Below are positions 9,953-19,729 of a DNA stretch of 64,000 bases, piece by piece. This DNA is from a bacterium. GTDB lineage: Bacteria; Patescibacteriota; Minisyncoccia; JAHIHE01. The stretch's first letter is position 1; every line of letters begins with the position of its first letter. The position numbers and the translations under genes are program-made. The stretch lies in contig JAUYBG010000006.1 in NCBI GenBank assembly GCA_030693205.1, positions 4,015 through 68,014 of the forward strand. Direction: 5' to 3'. Under the pieces are notes generated by a model. The model was not told the origin of the DNA. It ran no database searches and saw nothing but the letters and a program-made list of their open reading frames with translations.

Positions 9953-10445
9953 AAATTTTACTGTTTTTATAATATTTTATAAGACGATATCCAAAAACAC
10001 TAAGCGCGAAATTAAACAATATCTCTCCTGCTAAATTAATATCCATCAATTTGAAAATTCCCGCGTAACCCGTCGAGGCTTTCAAAAAAACATTCGCGAT
10101 CCCCAATAAAAAGTAAAACGCGGAAAAAGTGATCAAGCTGTTCAGTAAAAAATCCGAAAACCTTCCCCCTTTCAGGACATTTTCTCTTAAATAAAAACTT
10201 AACGAGTACGCGCCCAAAGCGGCTAAAGAAGTTGAACCAAAACTTACCGAGCTGACCAGATCTATCGTTATTCCCCCGACTATCGTTAAAATTAACATTT
10301 TTTCAAACGATAAAAAATAACATAATAAAAACAAAACAACGAGCGATAAATTGGGTGCAAATAAAAAAAAATCAAATAACCGGATAAAGCTTGTCTGGAT
10401 AATTACGCTTAAAATTAAAATTAAAATAGCATATGTAAGCTTCAT
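9918..10445 (-). CDS. mreD: Rod shape-determining protein MreD (polytopic membrane protein).
   Basis: 175-aa hydrophobic protein immediately after mreC. It overlaps mrdA. Confidence 0.6.
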   Translation of the reverse strand: MKLTYAILILILSVIIQTSFIRLFDFFLFAPNLSLVVLFLLCYFLSFEKMLILTIVGGITIDLVSSVSFGSTSLAALGAYSLSFYLRENVLKGGRFSDFLLNSLITFSAFYFLLGIANVFLKASTGYAGIFKLMDINLAGEILFNFALSVFGYRLIKYYKNSKIYGFARNIKISS

Positions 10446-10450
10446 TGAAA

Positions 10451-11245
10451 TTAATTTAATAAAATAAAAACTTTTTCTATTTTTTTCATATCGGCTAATG
10501 GAGAAAGAATGACCTTTTGGAATGTTTTGTTCGGATATTTTTCAACTGAAACAATTTTTGCCAGTGGAAATGCGGCAATACTGCCGCTGACCGGCAAAGT
10601 AACCAAAATATCATCCGCGTTGACTTCGGCATCCTGCAAAACCATATCGAAATACAACCCGATATTTTGATCATTTTTTACCAAACCTTGAACCCGAGTA
10701 TTTTGATCGATCGCGCTAATAACGCTTCGCCTATCGGTAAACAAAAGAACCCCGGCGGTATTTGCCGAAACATTGATTATCCTGCCGATATAAAAACCGT
10801 TTTGATCGATTACCGCCATATCCTTGCCAATCCCCGCTTCACTGCCCAAATTTATCAGTAAATAATCTGAAAAATTATAAGGATCTTTTCCAATAATCGT
10901 ACCGTCAACAAAAGAATGCTCTTTAATTAAAGGGAGACTAAGAATATTTCTTAACGTTTTATTTTCATTATTTACTTCCTTCAGATCAGAAATTTGCTTA
11001 CGCAGCTTATTATTTTCATCCATTAACAGAACTTTATCGTCGTATGCATTTCTTATTTCAAAGATCAAACGCAAAGAATCTTTTACGGAAAAATTTATTT
11101 TTGAAATAATAATTTCGGGATAATAAAAAAAATAGGAAAGTTTATTTTTAAATGCCTCCAAATAATTTTTATTGTTTAAAAAAATAATTATCACAATAAA
11201 AAAAATAGCGGCAAAAAATTTGATATTACGTTTAATCGGCCTCAT
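10451..11245 (-). CDS. mreC: Rod shape-determining protein MreC.
   Basis: N-terminal TM helix, a coiled-coil (LKEVNNENKTLRNIL) and beta-rich C-terminal domains. It lies between mreB and mreD. Confidence 0.7.
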   Translation of the reverse strand: MRPIKRNIKFFAAIFFIVIIIFLNNKNYLEAFKNKLSYFFYYPEIIISKINFSVKDSLRLIFEIRNAYDDKVLLMDENNKLRKQISDLKEVNNENKTLRNILSLPLIKEHSFVDGTIIGKDPYNFSDYLLINLGSEAGIGKDMAVIDQNGFYIGRIINVSANTAGVLLFTDRRSVISAIDQNTRVQGLVKNDQNIGLYFDMVLQDAEVNADDILVTLPVSGSIAAFPLAKIVSVEKYPNKTFQKVILSPLADMKKIEKVFILLN

Positions 11246-11277
11246 TTTACATTATCTGTTAAAACAATGGCTTAATT

Positions 11278-12330
11278 CTACGTTGGCACTTTTTCATCTT
11301 CAATTGAAACCAGAACCTCTCGCAAAGTATCGATGTTTTCAATAATAATACCGGTTCCCCTTACAACTGCGGTTAGGGGATCGTCGGCTATCCGCACCGG
11401 CATCTGAATTTCCTGATTAATTAATTTATCAATGCCTCTTAAAAGGCTTCCTCCTCCGACCAGAATAATACCTTGCCCCATGATATCCGCCACCAGCTCC
11501 GGCGGGGTTTCTTCGATCGTATTTTTAATATTTGAAACGATTATTCGCACGGAACGATTGATCGCTTTTCTTATCTGCTCATCGCTCACAATAACTTCTT
11601 TTGGCAATCCGGTAACCAGATCGCGCCCCCTGATCGGAACCTTGATAGTTTCCCCAAGCGGCCAAGCGGAACCGGATAAAATTTTAATTTCTTCCGCGGT
11701 TTTTTCACCAACCAAAAGATTAAATTCGTCCCGCGCATATTGAACGATATCATCATTCATTTCATCTCCCGCTACCCTTAAACTCCTGGAGGTCACGATG
11801 CCGCCCAAAGAAATGACCGCAATCTCGGTAGTTCCGCCCCCCATATCAACGATCATATTTCCAATCGCCTCTTGTACGGGAAGCTTAACTCCGATCGCCG
11901 AAGCCATCGGCTCTTCAACTAAAAAAACTTCTTTGGCGCCCGCCGAAAGCGCTGCGTCTCGCACCGCTTTTTTTTCAACCTGAGTTACTCCGCAAGGAAT
12001 TCCAATTACGACCGTGGGACGCGAAATAAAAGAAAAAAATTTTTCTGACGCCTTGTCGATAAAATATTTCAACATTTGCTCCGTAACTTCGAAATCGGAA
12101 ATCACGCCATCTTTAAGAGGCCTGATCGCGGTAATATATCCGGGAGTCCGCCCGACCATTATTTTTGCCTCACTCCCGACAGCCAATACTTGATTGGTTT
12201 TTTTATTTATCGCGACAACCGATGGTTCATTGATAACAATTCCTTTGCCGCGGACATAAACCAAAGTATTGGCCGTACCCAAATCTATGCCAATATCTCG
12301 CGAAAAAAATTTAAAAAAATCTTTGAACAT
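11278..12330 (-). CDS. mreB: Actin-like rod shape-determining protein MreB.
   Basis: 350 aa. GIDLGTANTLVYV and the phosphate-1/2 and adenosine motifs of the MreB/actin ATPase fold are present. Confidence 0.9.
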   Translation of the reverse strand: MFKDFFKFFSRDIGIDLGTANTLVYVRGKGIVINEPSVVAINKKTNQVLAVGSEAKIMVGRTPGYITAIRPLKDGVISDFEVTEQMLKYFIDKASEKFFSFISRPTVVIGIPCGVTQVEKKAVRDAALSAGAKEVFLVEEPMASAIGVKLPVQEAIGNMIVDMGGGTTEIAVISLGGIVTSRSLRVAGDEMNDDIVQYARDEFNLLVGEKTAEEIKILSGSAWPLGETIKVPIRGRDLVTGLPKEVIVSDEQIRKAINRSVRIIVSNIKNTIEETPPELVADIMGQGIILVGGGSLLRGIDKLINQEIQMPVRIADDPLTAVVRGTGIIIENIDTLREVLVSIEDEKVPT

Positions 12331-12336
12331 ATCAGA

Positions 12337-12429
12337 ATGATTTATGAATTATGATTTAAGATTTATGAATTTAACGCTGATTTATTCTTAAATCATAAAT
12401 CGTATATCGTATATCGTATATCTTAAATC
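12337..12429. repeat. Heptamer-built palindromic element, copy 2. It fills the whole mreB-proS intergenic region and starts 7 nt upstream of the mreB ATG.
   Basis: The 34-bp arm atgatttatgaattatgatttaagatttatgaat is identical to the copy at 36621. The right arm ttaaatcataaatcgtatat x3 is partly its reverse complement. Confidence 0.75.
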
Positions 12430-12441
12430 TTTGCCTAAATA

Positions 12442-13683
12442 TCATTTATCTATCAATTTGACTGCTTCTTCCAAACTCATTAATTTCACTTCTTCTCTGC
12501 CTCTTTCTTTTACTTCAATCTTACCCTTATTTCTCTCGCTTACCACCAATCTAAGCGGAATTCCAATGAGATCGCTGTCTTTAAATTTCATTCCCGCCGA
12601 TAAATTTCGGTCATCAAATAATACCTCAATATCGGCTTTTTGTAAAGACGCGTAAATATTTTCCGCTTCTTTCTTTGCGTTTTTATCATCCGGGTTGATC
12701 AGGATAAGATGCACGCGGAAAGGCGCAATGCTAGAGGGCCAGATAATGCCATTTTTGTCATTGCATACTTCAACCACCGTTCCCATCAAGCGATCAAGTC
12801 CAATGCCATAGCAACCCATAATAACAGTCTTTTCTTTTCCATCCTGATCTTTAAAACGCAAATTGAACGGCGCGCTATATTTCGTGTTCAGCTTAAAAAT
12901 ATTTCCCACCTCGATCGCTTTTTTAATTTCAAATTCCTCGCTTTGGCATTCCGGACAAACCGGGTTTATGTCAGCCAATATTTCTTTGTTGATCGACAAG
13001 TGGCATTTTTTGCAGATATAAATAACATCTTCCCCGGCTTCCGTAATTGTCTGAAATTCATGCGAGTATTTCGAAAAAGTTCCGCCGCTTGCCAAGGTCA
13101 AATAAGTTTTTCCCTTAATTCCGACTCTCTCAAAAATTTTCCAATATGTATCTTTTATTTTTTCATAAAATTCATTCAAATCTTTTTCATCCGCGTGAAA
13201 TGAATACATATCCTTCATCAAAAACTGCCGGCCCCGCAAAATTCCGCTCTTTGCCCGTTTTTCATTGCGAAACTTGGCCTGAATCTGATAAACCGACACA
13301 GGCAGATCTTTGTAAGAAGAAATGGACTTTCCAAGCAAGGGCACAACCACTTCTTCATGAGTGGCTCCGAGAGCGTATTCTTTGCTGTCATCGCCCTTAA
13401 GCTTAAACAAAACATCCAGCTCGTCCCAGCGGCCGGTTATCTGCCAATTCGCTTTTGGCTGAAGCGCCGGCATCAAGATCTCCTGCCCGCCTACCGCGTT
13501 CATTTCCTCGCGAATTATATTTCCAATCTTATTTATAACTCGAAGCCCCAGAGGCAAGTGCATATATATGCCGGCGGCCAGCTTGTCAATAAAACCCGCT
13601 CTCGTCAAAAGCCGCGCGTTCAGGCTTTTTTCCTCGGCTGAAATATTTTTAGTTGTTTTGGTAAATAATTGTGATTGGCGCAT
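12442..13683 (-). CDS. proS: Prolyl-tRNA synthetase, bacterial type, short form lacking the INS editing domain and carrying a Zn-ribbon insert.
   Basis: The N-terminus aligns with bacterial ProRS (QLFTKT...RAGFI.KLAAGIY..LPLGLRV..K...IIREEM). The class II core and the anticodon-binding C-terminus are present. It is 413 aa, against about 570 aa for typical bacterial ProRS. Confidence 0.8.
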   Translation of the reverse strand: MRQSQLFTKTTKNISAEEKSLNARLLTRAGFIDKLAAGIYMHLPLGLRVINKIGNIIREEMNAVGGQEILMPALQPKANWQITGRWDELDVLFKLKGDDSKEYALGATHEEVVVPLLGKSISSYKDLPVSVYQIQAKFRNEKRAKSGILRGRQFLMKDMYSFHADEKDLNEFYEKIKDTYWKIFERVGIKGKTYLTLASGGTFSKYSHEFQTITEAGEDVIYICKKCHLSINKEILADINPVCPECQSEEFEIKKAIEVGNIFKLNTKYSAPFNLRFKDQDGKEKTVIMGCYGIGLDRLMGTVVEVCNDKNGIIWPSSIAPFRVHLILINPDDKNAKKEAENIYASLQKADIEVLFDDRNLSAGMKFKDSDLIGIPLRLVVSERNKGKIEVKERGREEVKLMSLEEAVKLIDK

Positions 13684-13705
13684 AAAATAATGCTAATTTA
13701 AAAAA

Positions 13706-14824
13706 TTATAAAAAACTGCTGATTTTTTGCCAAATATGATAAGTTCCAAAATCTTTATATGTCACCAGCGCCATCAATAAGAGCAAAATGGCCATCCCCG
13801 CAAAATGAAACTTTCCTTCCGTTTCGGCGCTGACCCGGCTGCCTTTGATTTTTTCGATCAAGAGAAATAATATTCTTCCGCCGTCAAGAGCCGGAAATGG
13901 CAAGGCGTTGATAATGGCCAAATTTACCGACAAAAGGCCCATAAATTGCAAAACATAAGAAAGACCAAGCTGTGTCGCCTGCCCGACCATAACCGCTATT
14001 CCGACAAGACCGGATAACTGACCTGAAGTTTTTCCCGTCGTAAATAATTCTTTAAGAAGAGTAAACAAGGTAATGATTATGTAAGTTCCGACATCCCAAG
14101 TTTTTTTAATTCCCTGCCAGATGGATTCATACCAATTATACGAGACGATGCTTACCTCGCCCAGCGAAACCCCCACCGCGCCTTGATCCGCTGGAGCATC
14201 TTTCCGCGCCATCGCTTTTAATTCAAGATTATTATCTCCGCGCTTAATATTAAAAATTATGTTTCCCCCAAGATTATCATTGATAAATCCCTGGACTTCC
14301 GCGATATTTTTGGGTTCAACCGTTTTATTGTTCTCTGCGGTTTTCAGCGACAAGATCATGTCTCCCGGATTGATTCCGGCGACTTGTGCCGGCGAGCCGG
14401 CAACTACTTCCATGATCATCACGGATAATCCTTTTACATTATTGGCTGTTCCTGTTTCGTGAATATACGGGAAACCCATATAAGCGACCATGCTAAAAAG
14501 AATAATTGCCAAAAGAATATTGGCTGTTACTCCCGCAGCTAATATCTGAAATCTCTGCCAAATGGTTTTTGAGGCAAAACTTCTGTTGTCATCTTTGCCA
14601 TCGCCGTTTTCACCGACAATATTCACAAAACCCCCGACAGGAATCAAATTTATTGAATATATTGTTTCTCCTTTTTTAACGCCAAAAATCCTCGGCGGAA
14701 AACCAAAGCCAAATTCTTTCACCTTTGCTCCAGCTCTTTTGGCCATGATAAAATGGCCAAGTTCATGAAAGAAAACTAAAATTCCCAAAGTAATTACAAA
14801 AACCAATATAGTTACAATTGTCAT
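13706..14824 (-). CDS. rseP: Site-2 protease / RseP family M50 zinc metalloprotease with a PDZ domain.
   Basis: HELGHFIMAK is an HExxH motif within a TM helix. A PDZ segment and the C-terminal LDGG motif are present. Confidence 0.8.
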   Translation of the reverse strand: MTIVTILVFVITLGILVFFHELGHFIMAKRAGAKVKEFGFGFPPRIFGVKKGETIYSINLIPVGGFVNIVGENGDGKDDNRSFASKTIWQRFQILAAGVTANILLAIILFSMVAYMGFPYIHETGTANNVKGLSVMIMEVVAGSPAQVAGINPGDMILSLKTAENNKTVEPKNIAEVQGFINDNLGGNIIFNIKRGDNNLELKAMARKDAPADQGAVGVSLGEVSIVSYNWYESIWQGIKKTWDVGTYIIITLFTLLKELFTTGKTSGQLSGLVGIAVMVGQATQLGLSYVLQFMGLLSVNLAIINALPFPALDGGRILFLLIEKIKGSRVSAETEGKFHFAGMAILLLLMALVTYKDFGTYHIWQKISSFL

Positions 14825-14853
14825 AAAATAAAATTAAATATTTATCGTTTTTT

Positions 14854-15408
14854 TTATATCGTCATTATCTGTTTTTCCTTCTTCTCGACGATATCCGCGA
14901 TTTGTTCATTGCAACCATCAACCGCTTTTTGAATCTCTTTATCCAGGCGGAATTTTTCATCCTCGCCGATCTCTTTGTTTTTTTCCTGAGTTTTTACGAT
15001 ATCCCTCTGCCCTTCCCTGAAAATTCTTACGGAAACTTTTGCTTTTTCCGCGCGCTGATGCATTGATTTTACCGTTTTTATTCTTTCTTCCTCATTAAGC
15101 GGAGGAAAAACCAACTTTAGAGTCACGCCATCGCTTACCGGATTTACTCCCAGGTTAGCCGCGGAAATTGCCGCCACTACGTCTTTCATATTTTCCTTAA
15201 CCCAAGGCTCAACGATGATCAGCCTGGCATCAGGAACCGTGATATTAGCGGCTTGCTTCAGGGGAACTTTTGTGCCATAATAATCAACTAAAATGTTTTC
15301 AACCAAAATCGCGGAAACATGCCCGGTTCTCATTGCCTTTACATCTTCATTGAATTTGCTTACGATCTTGCCTAACTCGCTTTTTACTTCGTTGATATTT
15401 ATACTCAT
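14854..15408 (-). CDS. frr: Ribosome recycling factor.
   Basis: 184 aa with full-length RRF similarity (VRTGRA..L.V.YYG...PL.Q.A.I.VPDAR). Confidence 0.85.
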   Translation of the reverse strand: MSININEVKSELGKIVSKFNEDVKAMRTGHVSAILVENILVDYYGTKVPLKQAANITVPDARLIIVEPWVKENMKDVVAAISAANLGVNPVSDGVTLKLVFPPLNEEERIKTVKSMHQRAEKAKVSVRIFREGQRDIVKTQEKNKEIGEDEKFRLDKEIQKAVDGCNEQIADIVEKKEKQIMTI

Positions 15409-15425
15409 TTTATTATTATAAAAAA

Positions 15426-16541
15426 TTAAAACATCTTTTTTTTCGCCGGAGGAGGAACCGTGCCGGCATAAATAACTTTTGAATTATTGGGATCGATCGT
15501 CAGCGCGGTGATAACTCTTATTGTAGGCAAATTGCGCACCAGCCAATTTGACTCCGCTCCGTTGTTCGTAAAATAAACCTGCGAATCGATCGTGTAATAA
15601 ATGCTTTTTGAATCTTTCTGGCTGACAACCAAAGAATTCATCGGTAAGATCGCTGACGGAGTAATGATATTAACTGTCGACCATTTTATGCCTCCGTCGC
15701 TGGATTTCAACATACCGTTCAAAAAACCAATATAGATTATGTTTGGATCTGCCGGATCCACCGCGATCACATTTATAGCGTTGTTATAAGCCGGTATCTT
15801 GGTTAAATTATCCTTGAGAGACTCCCAGTCGTTGCCTTTATTAACAGACTTGAACAAGCCCTCCGACACACTGGTGGCGTAAAGTATCCTGGTGTCTTTC
15901 GGACTAATTACGAAATTATTGATTATTGCCGTCAAGCGATTTAGCACTGTCCAGCTTCGCCCGTAATTGGCGCTCTGAAAAATTTGCCCCTTGGTGGTAG
16001 TGATATATACGATGCTGGTATCATAAGAATCGATTTCGATCCTATTCACTAATTCTCCGGCGGTTAACGTCACGTATACTTCCTGCCAAGTCAATCCTTC
16101 ATCCTCGCTTTTCATAATCCTTCCTTTGCCATAGTCGCTTACTCCGGCCAAATACATATTTTTTATATTCTTATGATCAATGGCAACATAGTAAACCGCG
16201 GCTTGAAGAGAAAGGCCTGTTCCATTATACGAATCCCAGCTCTCGCCGGCATCTTTTGTCTGATACAAACCATTGGCCGCACTGCCGGCATAAATAATAT
16301 TGCTATCATTCGGATTAATAGCGAAGCTTAAAAAATTTATTTCAGACAGGTCCGTTTTTACCTTGGCGTCTGCCGGAAGAATCAATTGCAATTTCCTTTC
16401 CCAGGTCAGACCCCCGTCGATAGATTTAAAAACCCCCGCATCTTTTGGCACGGCGCTGGACGAACACCCCGGAAATGCGGCTCCAAAAAATAAAAACGCG
16501 GCAATGGCTAAAAATATAAATTGCTTTTTATTTTTTATCAT
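15426..16541 (-). CDS. BNR/Asp-box repeat (Ycf48-like beta-propeller) lipoprotein.
   Basis: A lipobox (AAFPGC) follows the signal peptide. There are six S-x-D-x-G-x-(T/S)-W Asp-box repeats (SIDGGLTWE, TKDAGESWD, SEDEGLTWQ, SANYGRSWT, SVNKGNDWE, SSDGGIKWS). Confidence 0.7.
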   Translation of the reverse strand: MIKNKKQFIFLAIAAFLFFGAAFPGCSSSAVPKDAGVFKSIDGGLTWERKLQLILPADAKVKTDLSEINFLSFAINPNDSNIIYAGSAANGLYQTKDAGESWDSYNGTGLSLQAAVYYVAIDHKNIKNMYLAGVSDYGKGRIMKSEDEGLTWQEVYVTLTAGELVNRIEIDSYDTSIVYITTTKGQIFQSANYGRSWTVLNRLTAIINNFVISPKDTRILYATSVSEGLFKSVNKGNDWESLKDNLTKIPAYNNAINVIAVDPADPNIIYIGFLNGMLKSSDGGIKWSTVNIITPSAILPMNSLVVSQKDSKSIYYTIDSQVYFTNNGAESNWLVRNLPTIRVITALTIDPNNSKVIYAGTVPPPAKKKMF

Positions 16542-17530
16542 ATTTCTAAAGCTAAAATTTCAAGCGCCAGGCGCTTGTTAATATTAGAGCTATTAATTAA
16601 ATTTAATATTATAACTAAATTATTAATAAAATCCACCGTTTTTTTTAGTCCGCCTTCGGTTTGCATCGCGCCGTTCGCAACGCCTCCCGATAAATATTTC
16701 TCTAAAATTTTTTTCCTCAAGCATAACAGCCAAAACCTCAAAACATCGCTGATATTTTCCCCTTTCTCTTCATTCTTGGATAAATTTTCCAGAAAAATTA
16801 TTTTTTCCGATAAGTTCGATGCAAAAAAATTCCAAAAAATTTCTTCTTTCTTGTAATGATCCTCGATCTTTTGCTCGTTTTTTAAAAACTCTATCGCCAG
16901 TCCGGGTTTGCCGGAAGAAATTGCGCTGATAGTTTTTGCTTTTTGCACCGGCGCTTTGCGGCTAACAAGAAAATTTTCAATTGTTTCGTCTTTCAAAGGC
17001 CAAAAACGGATTACCTGAGTCCGGGAAATCAAGGTTTTTAGCAAAAATTTGCTGTCGTCCGCGACAAGAATAATAATAGAATTGCCTTTTGGCTCCTCAA
17101 GCGTTTTCAAAAAAGCATTTACCGCTTCAACTGTAAACTTATGCGCTTCGTTGATGATCGCGATCTTGTATTTTGAATTATAGGGAAAAAGGCTTAAATG
17201 ATGCTCGAGTACCCTGATCTCATCGATCGAAATTGATTTTTTTTCTTCCCCGTCCTTGTCTAATATCTTATTTTTTGACGAATTTATGAACAAAACATCC
17301 GGATCGGTCTCATTTTCAATTGTCAGGCATCTGGGACATACGCCGCAAGCATTCCCAAATGTGCCGTTTTGGCAAGACAGATTTTTTGCAAATTCTTTAG
17401 CCAGCAAAAATTTTCCTAAATTTTCCACGCCAATGAATAAATAGCTATGCGCGATCTTTTTATTTCTAAGCGCCGCTGACAAAAGTTTTTTGGCGTTCTC
17501 GTGCCCGGCAACATTTAAAAAACTGTCCAT
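16538..17530 (-). CDS. holB: DNA polymerase III delta-prime subunit (clamp loader, AAA+).
   Basis: HSYLF.G motif, a Walker-A-like GKF motif, and the Zn module C..C...C..C (CQNGTFGNACGVCPRC) typical of delta-prime/tau. Confidence 0.75.
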   Translation of the reverse strand: MDSFLNVAGHENAKKLLSAALRNKKIAHSYLFIGVENLGKFLLAKEFAKNLSCQNGTFGNACGVCPRCLTIENETDPDVLFINSSKNKILDKDGEEKKSISIDEIRVLEHHLSLFPYNSKYKIAIINEAHKFTVEAVNAFLKTLEEPKGNSIIILVADDSKFLLKTLISRTQVIRFWPLKDETIENFLVSRKAPVQKAKTISAISSGKPGLAIEFLKNEQKIEDHYKKEEIFWNFFASNLSEKIIFLENLSKNEEKGENISDVLRFWLLCLRKKILEKYLSGGVANGAMQTEGGLKKTVDFINNLVIILNLINSSNINKRLALEILALEI

Positions 17531-17590
17531 ATTGCATTATATAACCCTTAATATAGTTATGATAACACAACAAAAGACCGTTAGCAAGAA

Positions 17591-18730
17591 CTAAAAATCG
17601 CTTTTTTCTTGACCGATTATCTTCCGGACATAATCTTTAATTTCGGTTTCAAACCTTTCCCGCGAAAATTTTTCCGCATGGCGGACGATTATTTCCCGGT
17701 TATATTTTTTTTCATTTTCAACAAACCGAACGACTGCTTCGGCGATGAGCGGCGCCACCGAATGATCAAAAAAATCTCCGGTCACGCCCTCAATAATTGT
17801 TTCTTTAGCGCCTCCTTTTCGGAGCGCGATAACCGGCGTACCTTCGCTCATTGCTTCAACAGGCGCAATTCCAAAATCATCCTCTCCGGGAAAAATCAAC
17901 GCCCGGGCATTTTGATAATAACCCGGCAACTCATCCCTTTTGACAAAACCCAAAAATTTTATATTCTTTCCGGCAATGCTTTCCAAATACTCTTTCTGTT
18001 CTCCGTCTCCGATAATATACAGCGGCCAATCCAGCTTATTAAAAGCCTCAATCGCGTTATCGATCTTTTTATACGCGCTTAATCTTGAAACTATCAAAAA
18101 ATACGTGTCCTTCGAAGCTTTAGCGAAGGAGGAATCTTCGGATTTTAATGCTCTGAATTTATGCGTATCAACAGGCGGATAGATCACATCGGATTTCGCT
18201 CGATAAAACTTTGCGATCCTTTTTTGCGTTGCCAGAGAATTGGCAATAAAATAATCAACCCTGTCAGCCACTGATTTATCCCACATTCTTAAATAATGCA
18301 AGATCGGTATGACAAATAATTTTTTAATTGCCCCCAATTCGTTTTCCCTTAAATATTCAAAATACCAATCCCATAAAAATCTGGTTGGCGTATGGCAATA
18401 AGAAATATGGATCGTCTTGGGCTTGACAATTATCCCTTTGGCAAAAGAAGAAGACGATGAGATCACCAGATCAAAATCTTTCAGATCGATGGTTTCCGGC
18501 GCAATGCCCGCCAATGGCAAGATATATTTTTTATGCCGGCGCAAAAAATTCGGAAATTTTTGCAAAAATGAAGCTTTGATCTTCGCGTCGGGAAAATATT
18601 CCTTGACGATTTTTTCATCGTAAAGCAATGTATAAATCGGCGCGTCGGGCCAAATGCGATGAAAAGAAAGCAATACTTGCTCGGCGCCTCCCCAGTAAGT
18701 TAGAAAATCATGGACAATTGCTATTTTCAT
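17591..18730 (-). CDS. Glycosyltransferase family 4 (GT-B, group 1).
   Basis: The C-terminal EDDFGIAPVEAMSEGTPVIA (E-x7-E) motif is characteristic of GT4 enzymes. Confidence 0.75.
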   Translation of the reverse strand: MKIAIVHDFLTYWGGAEQVLLSFHRIWPDAPIYTLLYDEKIVKEYFPDAKIKASFLQKFPNFLRRHKKYILPLAGIAPETIDLKDFDLVISSSSSFAKGIIVKPKTIHISYCHTPTRFLWDWYFEYLRENELGAIKKLFVIPILHYLRMWDKSVADRVDYFIANSLATQKRIAKFYRAKSDVIYPPVDTHKFRALKSEDSSFAKASKDTYFLIVSRLSAYKKIDNAIEAFNKLDWPLYIIGDGEQKEYLESIAGKNIKFLGFVKRDELPGYYQNARALIFPGEDDFGIAPVEAMSEGTPVIALRKGGAKETIIEGVTGDFFDHSVAPLIAEAVVRFVENEKKYNREIIVRHAEKFSRERFETEIKDYVRKIIGQEKSDF

Positions 18731-18807
18731 AGATGAATTTATATGATATTATCTTTATTTATAGCATACTTTGGGAATAAAAAAAAGAGGAAATGTCAAT
18801 TTTCCCC

Positions 18808-19209
18808 TTACTCCAAAATTTTCCTGATCTCTTTGCTTGTGTGAGCAATTTTTATTTTTGTCCAGATATTGTATTTTGAGATATTGAAAGCAAGCAATGT
18901 GTCGGGATTTATTTCTCCAATAATTATATCCGAGATTTTTCCTTCAATAATCACACCTTCATGCATCTCATTGATCTGCTCATTGTAGAGAGATATGCTT
19001 ATTGAAAATAATTTTGCGATACGATCCGCTATTGAAAAAATAATTCTGGGTTCTGGCTCAAGTATGCTTTTTGCCTCCGTTGAAACAATCGGCAAGCCAG
19101 TACGATATAGCACTATTACCCACCCCGCTCCCAGGTCTTTTTTAAGCAAGATTATTTTTTCTTGAATTTCTTTGATTCTATCAACCGCTAATTTTTCTCT
19201 ATCTTTCAC
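18808..19209 (-). CDS. Hypothetical protein (possible roadblock/LC7-like fold). It flanks the island's left border.
   Basis: 133-aa ORF with no confidently recognisable motif. Confidence 0.3.
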   Translation of the reverse strand: MKDREKLAVDRIKEIQEKIILLKKDLGAGWVIVLYRTGLPIVSTEAKSILEPEPRIIFSIADRIAKLFSISISLYNEQINEMHEGVIIEGKISDIIIGEINPDTLLAFNISKYNIWTKIKIAHTSKEIRKILE

Positions 19210-19327
19210 TTTTTCACCTTCCTTTAAAGAGCTAAGTCAATATTAAGGTATTTAAAAATTTTGTCAATATATATTAAACTAATTTAAAAAATACAATTTT
19301 TATATACCACTATAATTCTATATAGAA

Positions 19328-19618
19328 TCAGATTCTATTTCCGCCGCCAATTCCGCCAAAACTCCTTCCGGTGTCGACGCAATCGGTTTCGCGCATTTTT
19401 CCATCAGAAGCAATCAATTTCAACTGTCGACAAATTGTCGATGGTTCAAATCCATCTTCTTCTTTAACTCTAATTTTCATTTTAAACCAATAATCATTTG
19501 GATCTACGCTGTCAGTCAATGCCTGAACAACATCTATGACCGAAAACCACCATTCATTATTATAGATTATTTTTCTAATTTTCTTACCTTTAAACAAAGC
19601 AATTTTTACAGTTTCCAT
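19328..19618 (-). pseudogene. BRO-N (phage antirepressor / DinD-like) N-terminal domain fragment. Its 3' end runs through the island's left direct repeat.
   Basis: The BRO-N signature is KIRKIIYNNEWWFSVIDVVQAL. It is only 96 aa, against about 250 aa for typical BRO/DinD proteins. An alternative frame over the repeat reads TPEGVLAEL, paralleling the C-terminus of the ORF at 29115. Confidence 0.55.
19348..19377. repeat. Left copy of the 25-bp perfect (29/30) direct repeat bounding the accessory island.
   Basis: caattccgccaaaactccttccggtGtcg at 19348-19377 versus caattccgccaaaactccttccggtAtcg at 29145-29174. Confidence 0.8.
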
Positions 19619-19635
19619 AATATTTATCTTATCCC

Positions 19636-19703
19636 TTGATTAAATCTTTGGAAAATTTTGCGGCGGGATTTTTAATATGAATTGATTTTTAGGATTTTTT
19701 GAA
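19636..19703. repeat. 68-bp direct repeat, copy A (its mate is at 20531-20598, about 88% identical). It lies upstream of the BRO-N start.
   Basis: ttgattaaatctttggaaaattttgcggcgggatttttaatatgaattgatttttaggattttttgaat versus the copy at 20531. Confidence 0.7.
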
Positions 19704-19729
19704 TTTCGAGAACAGTTCTCGGCAGGATT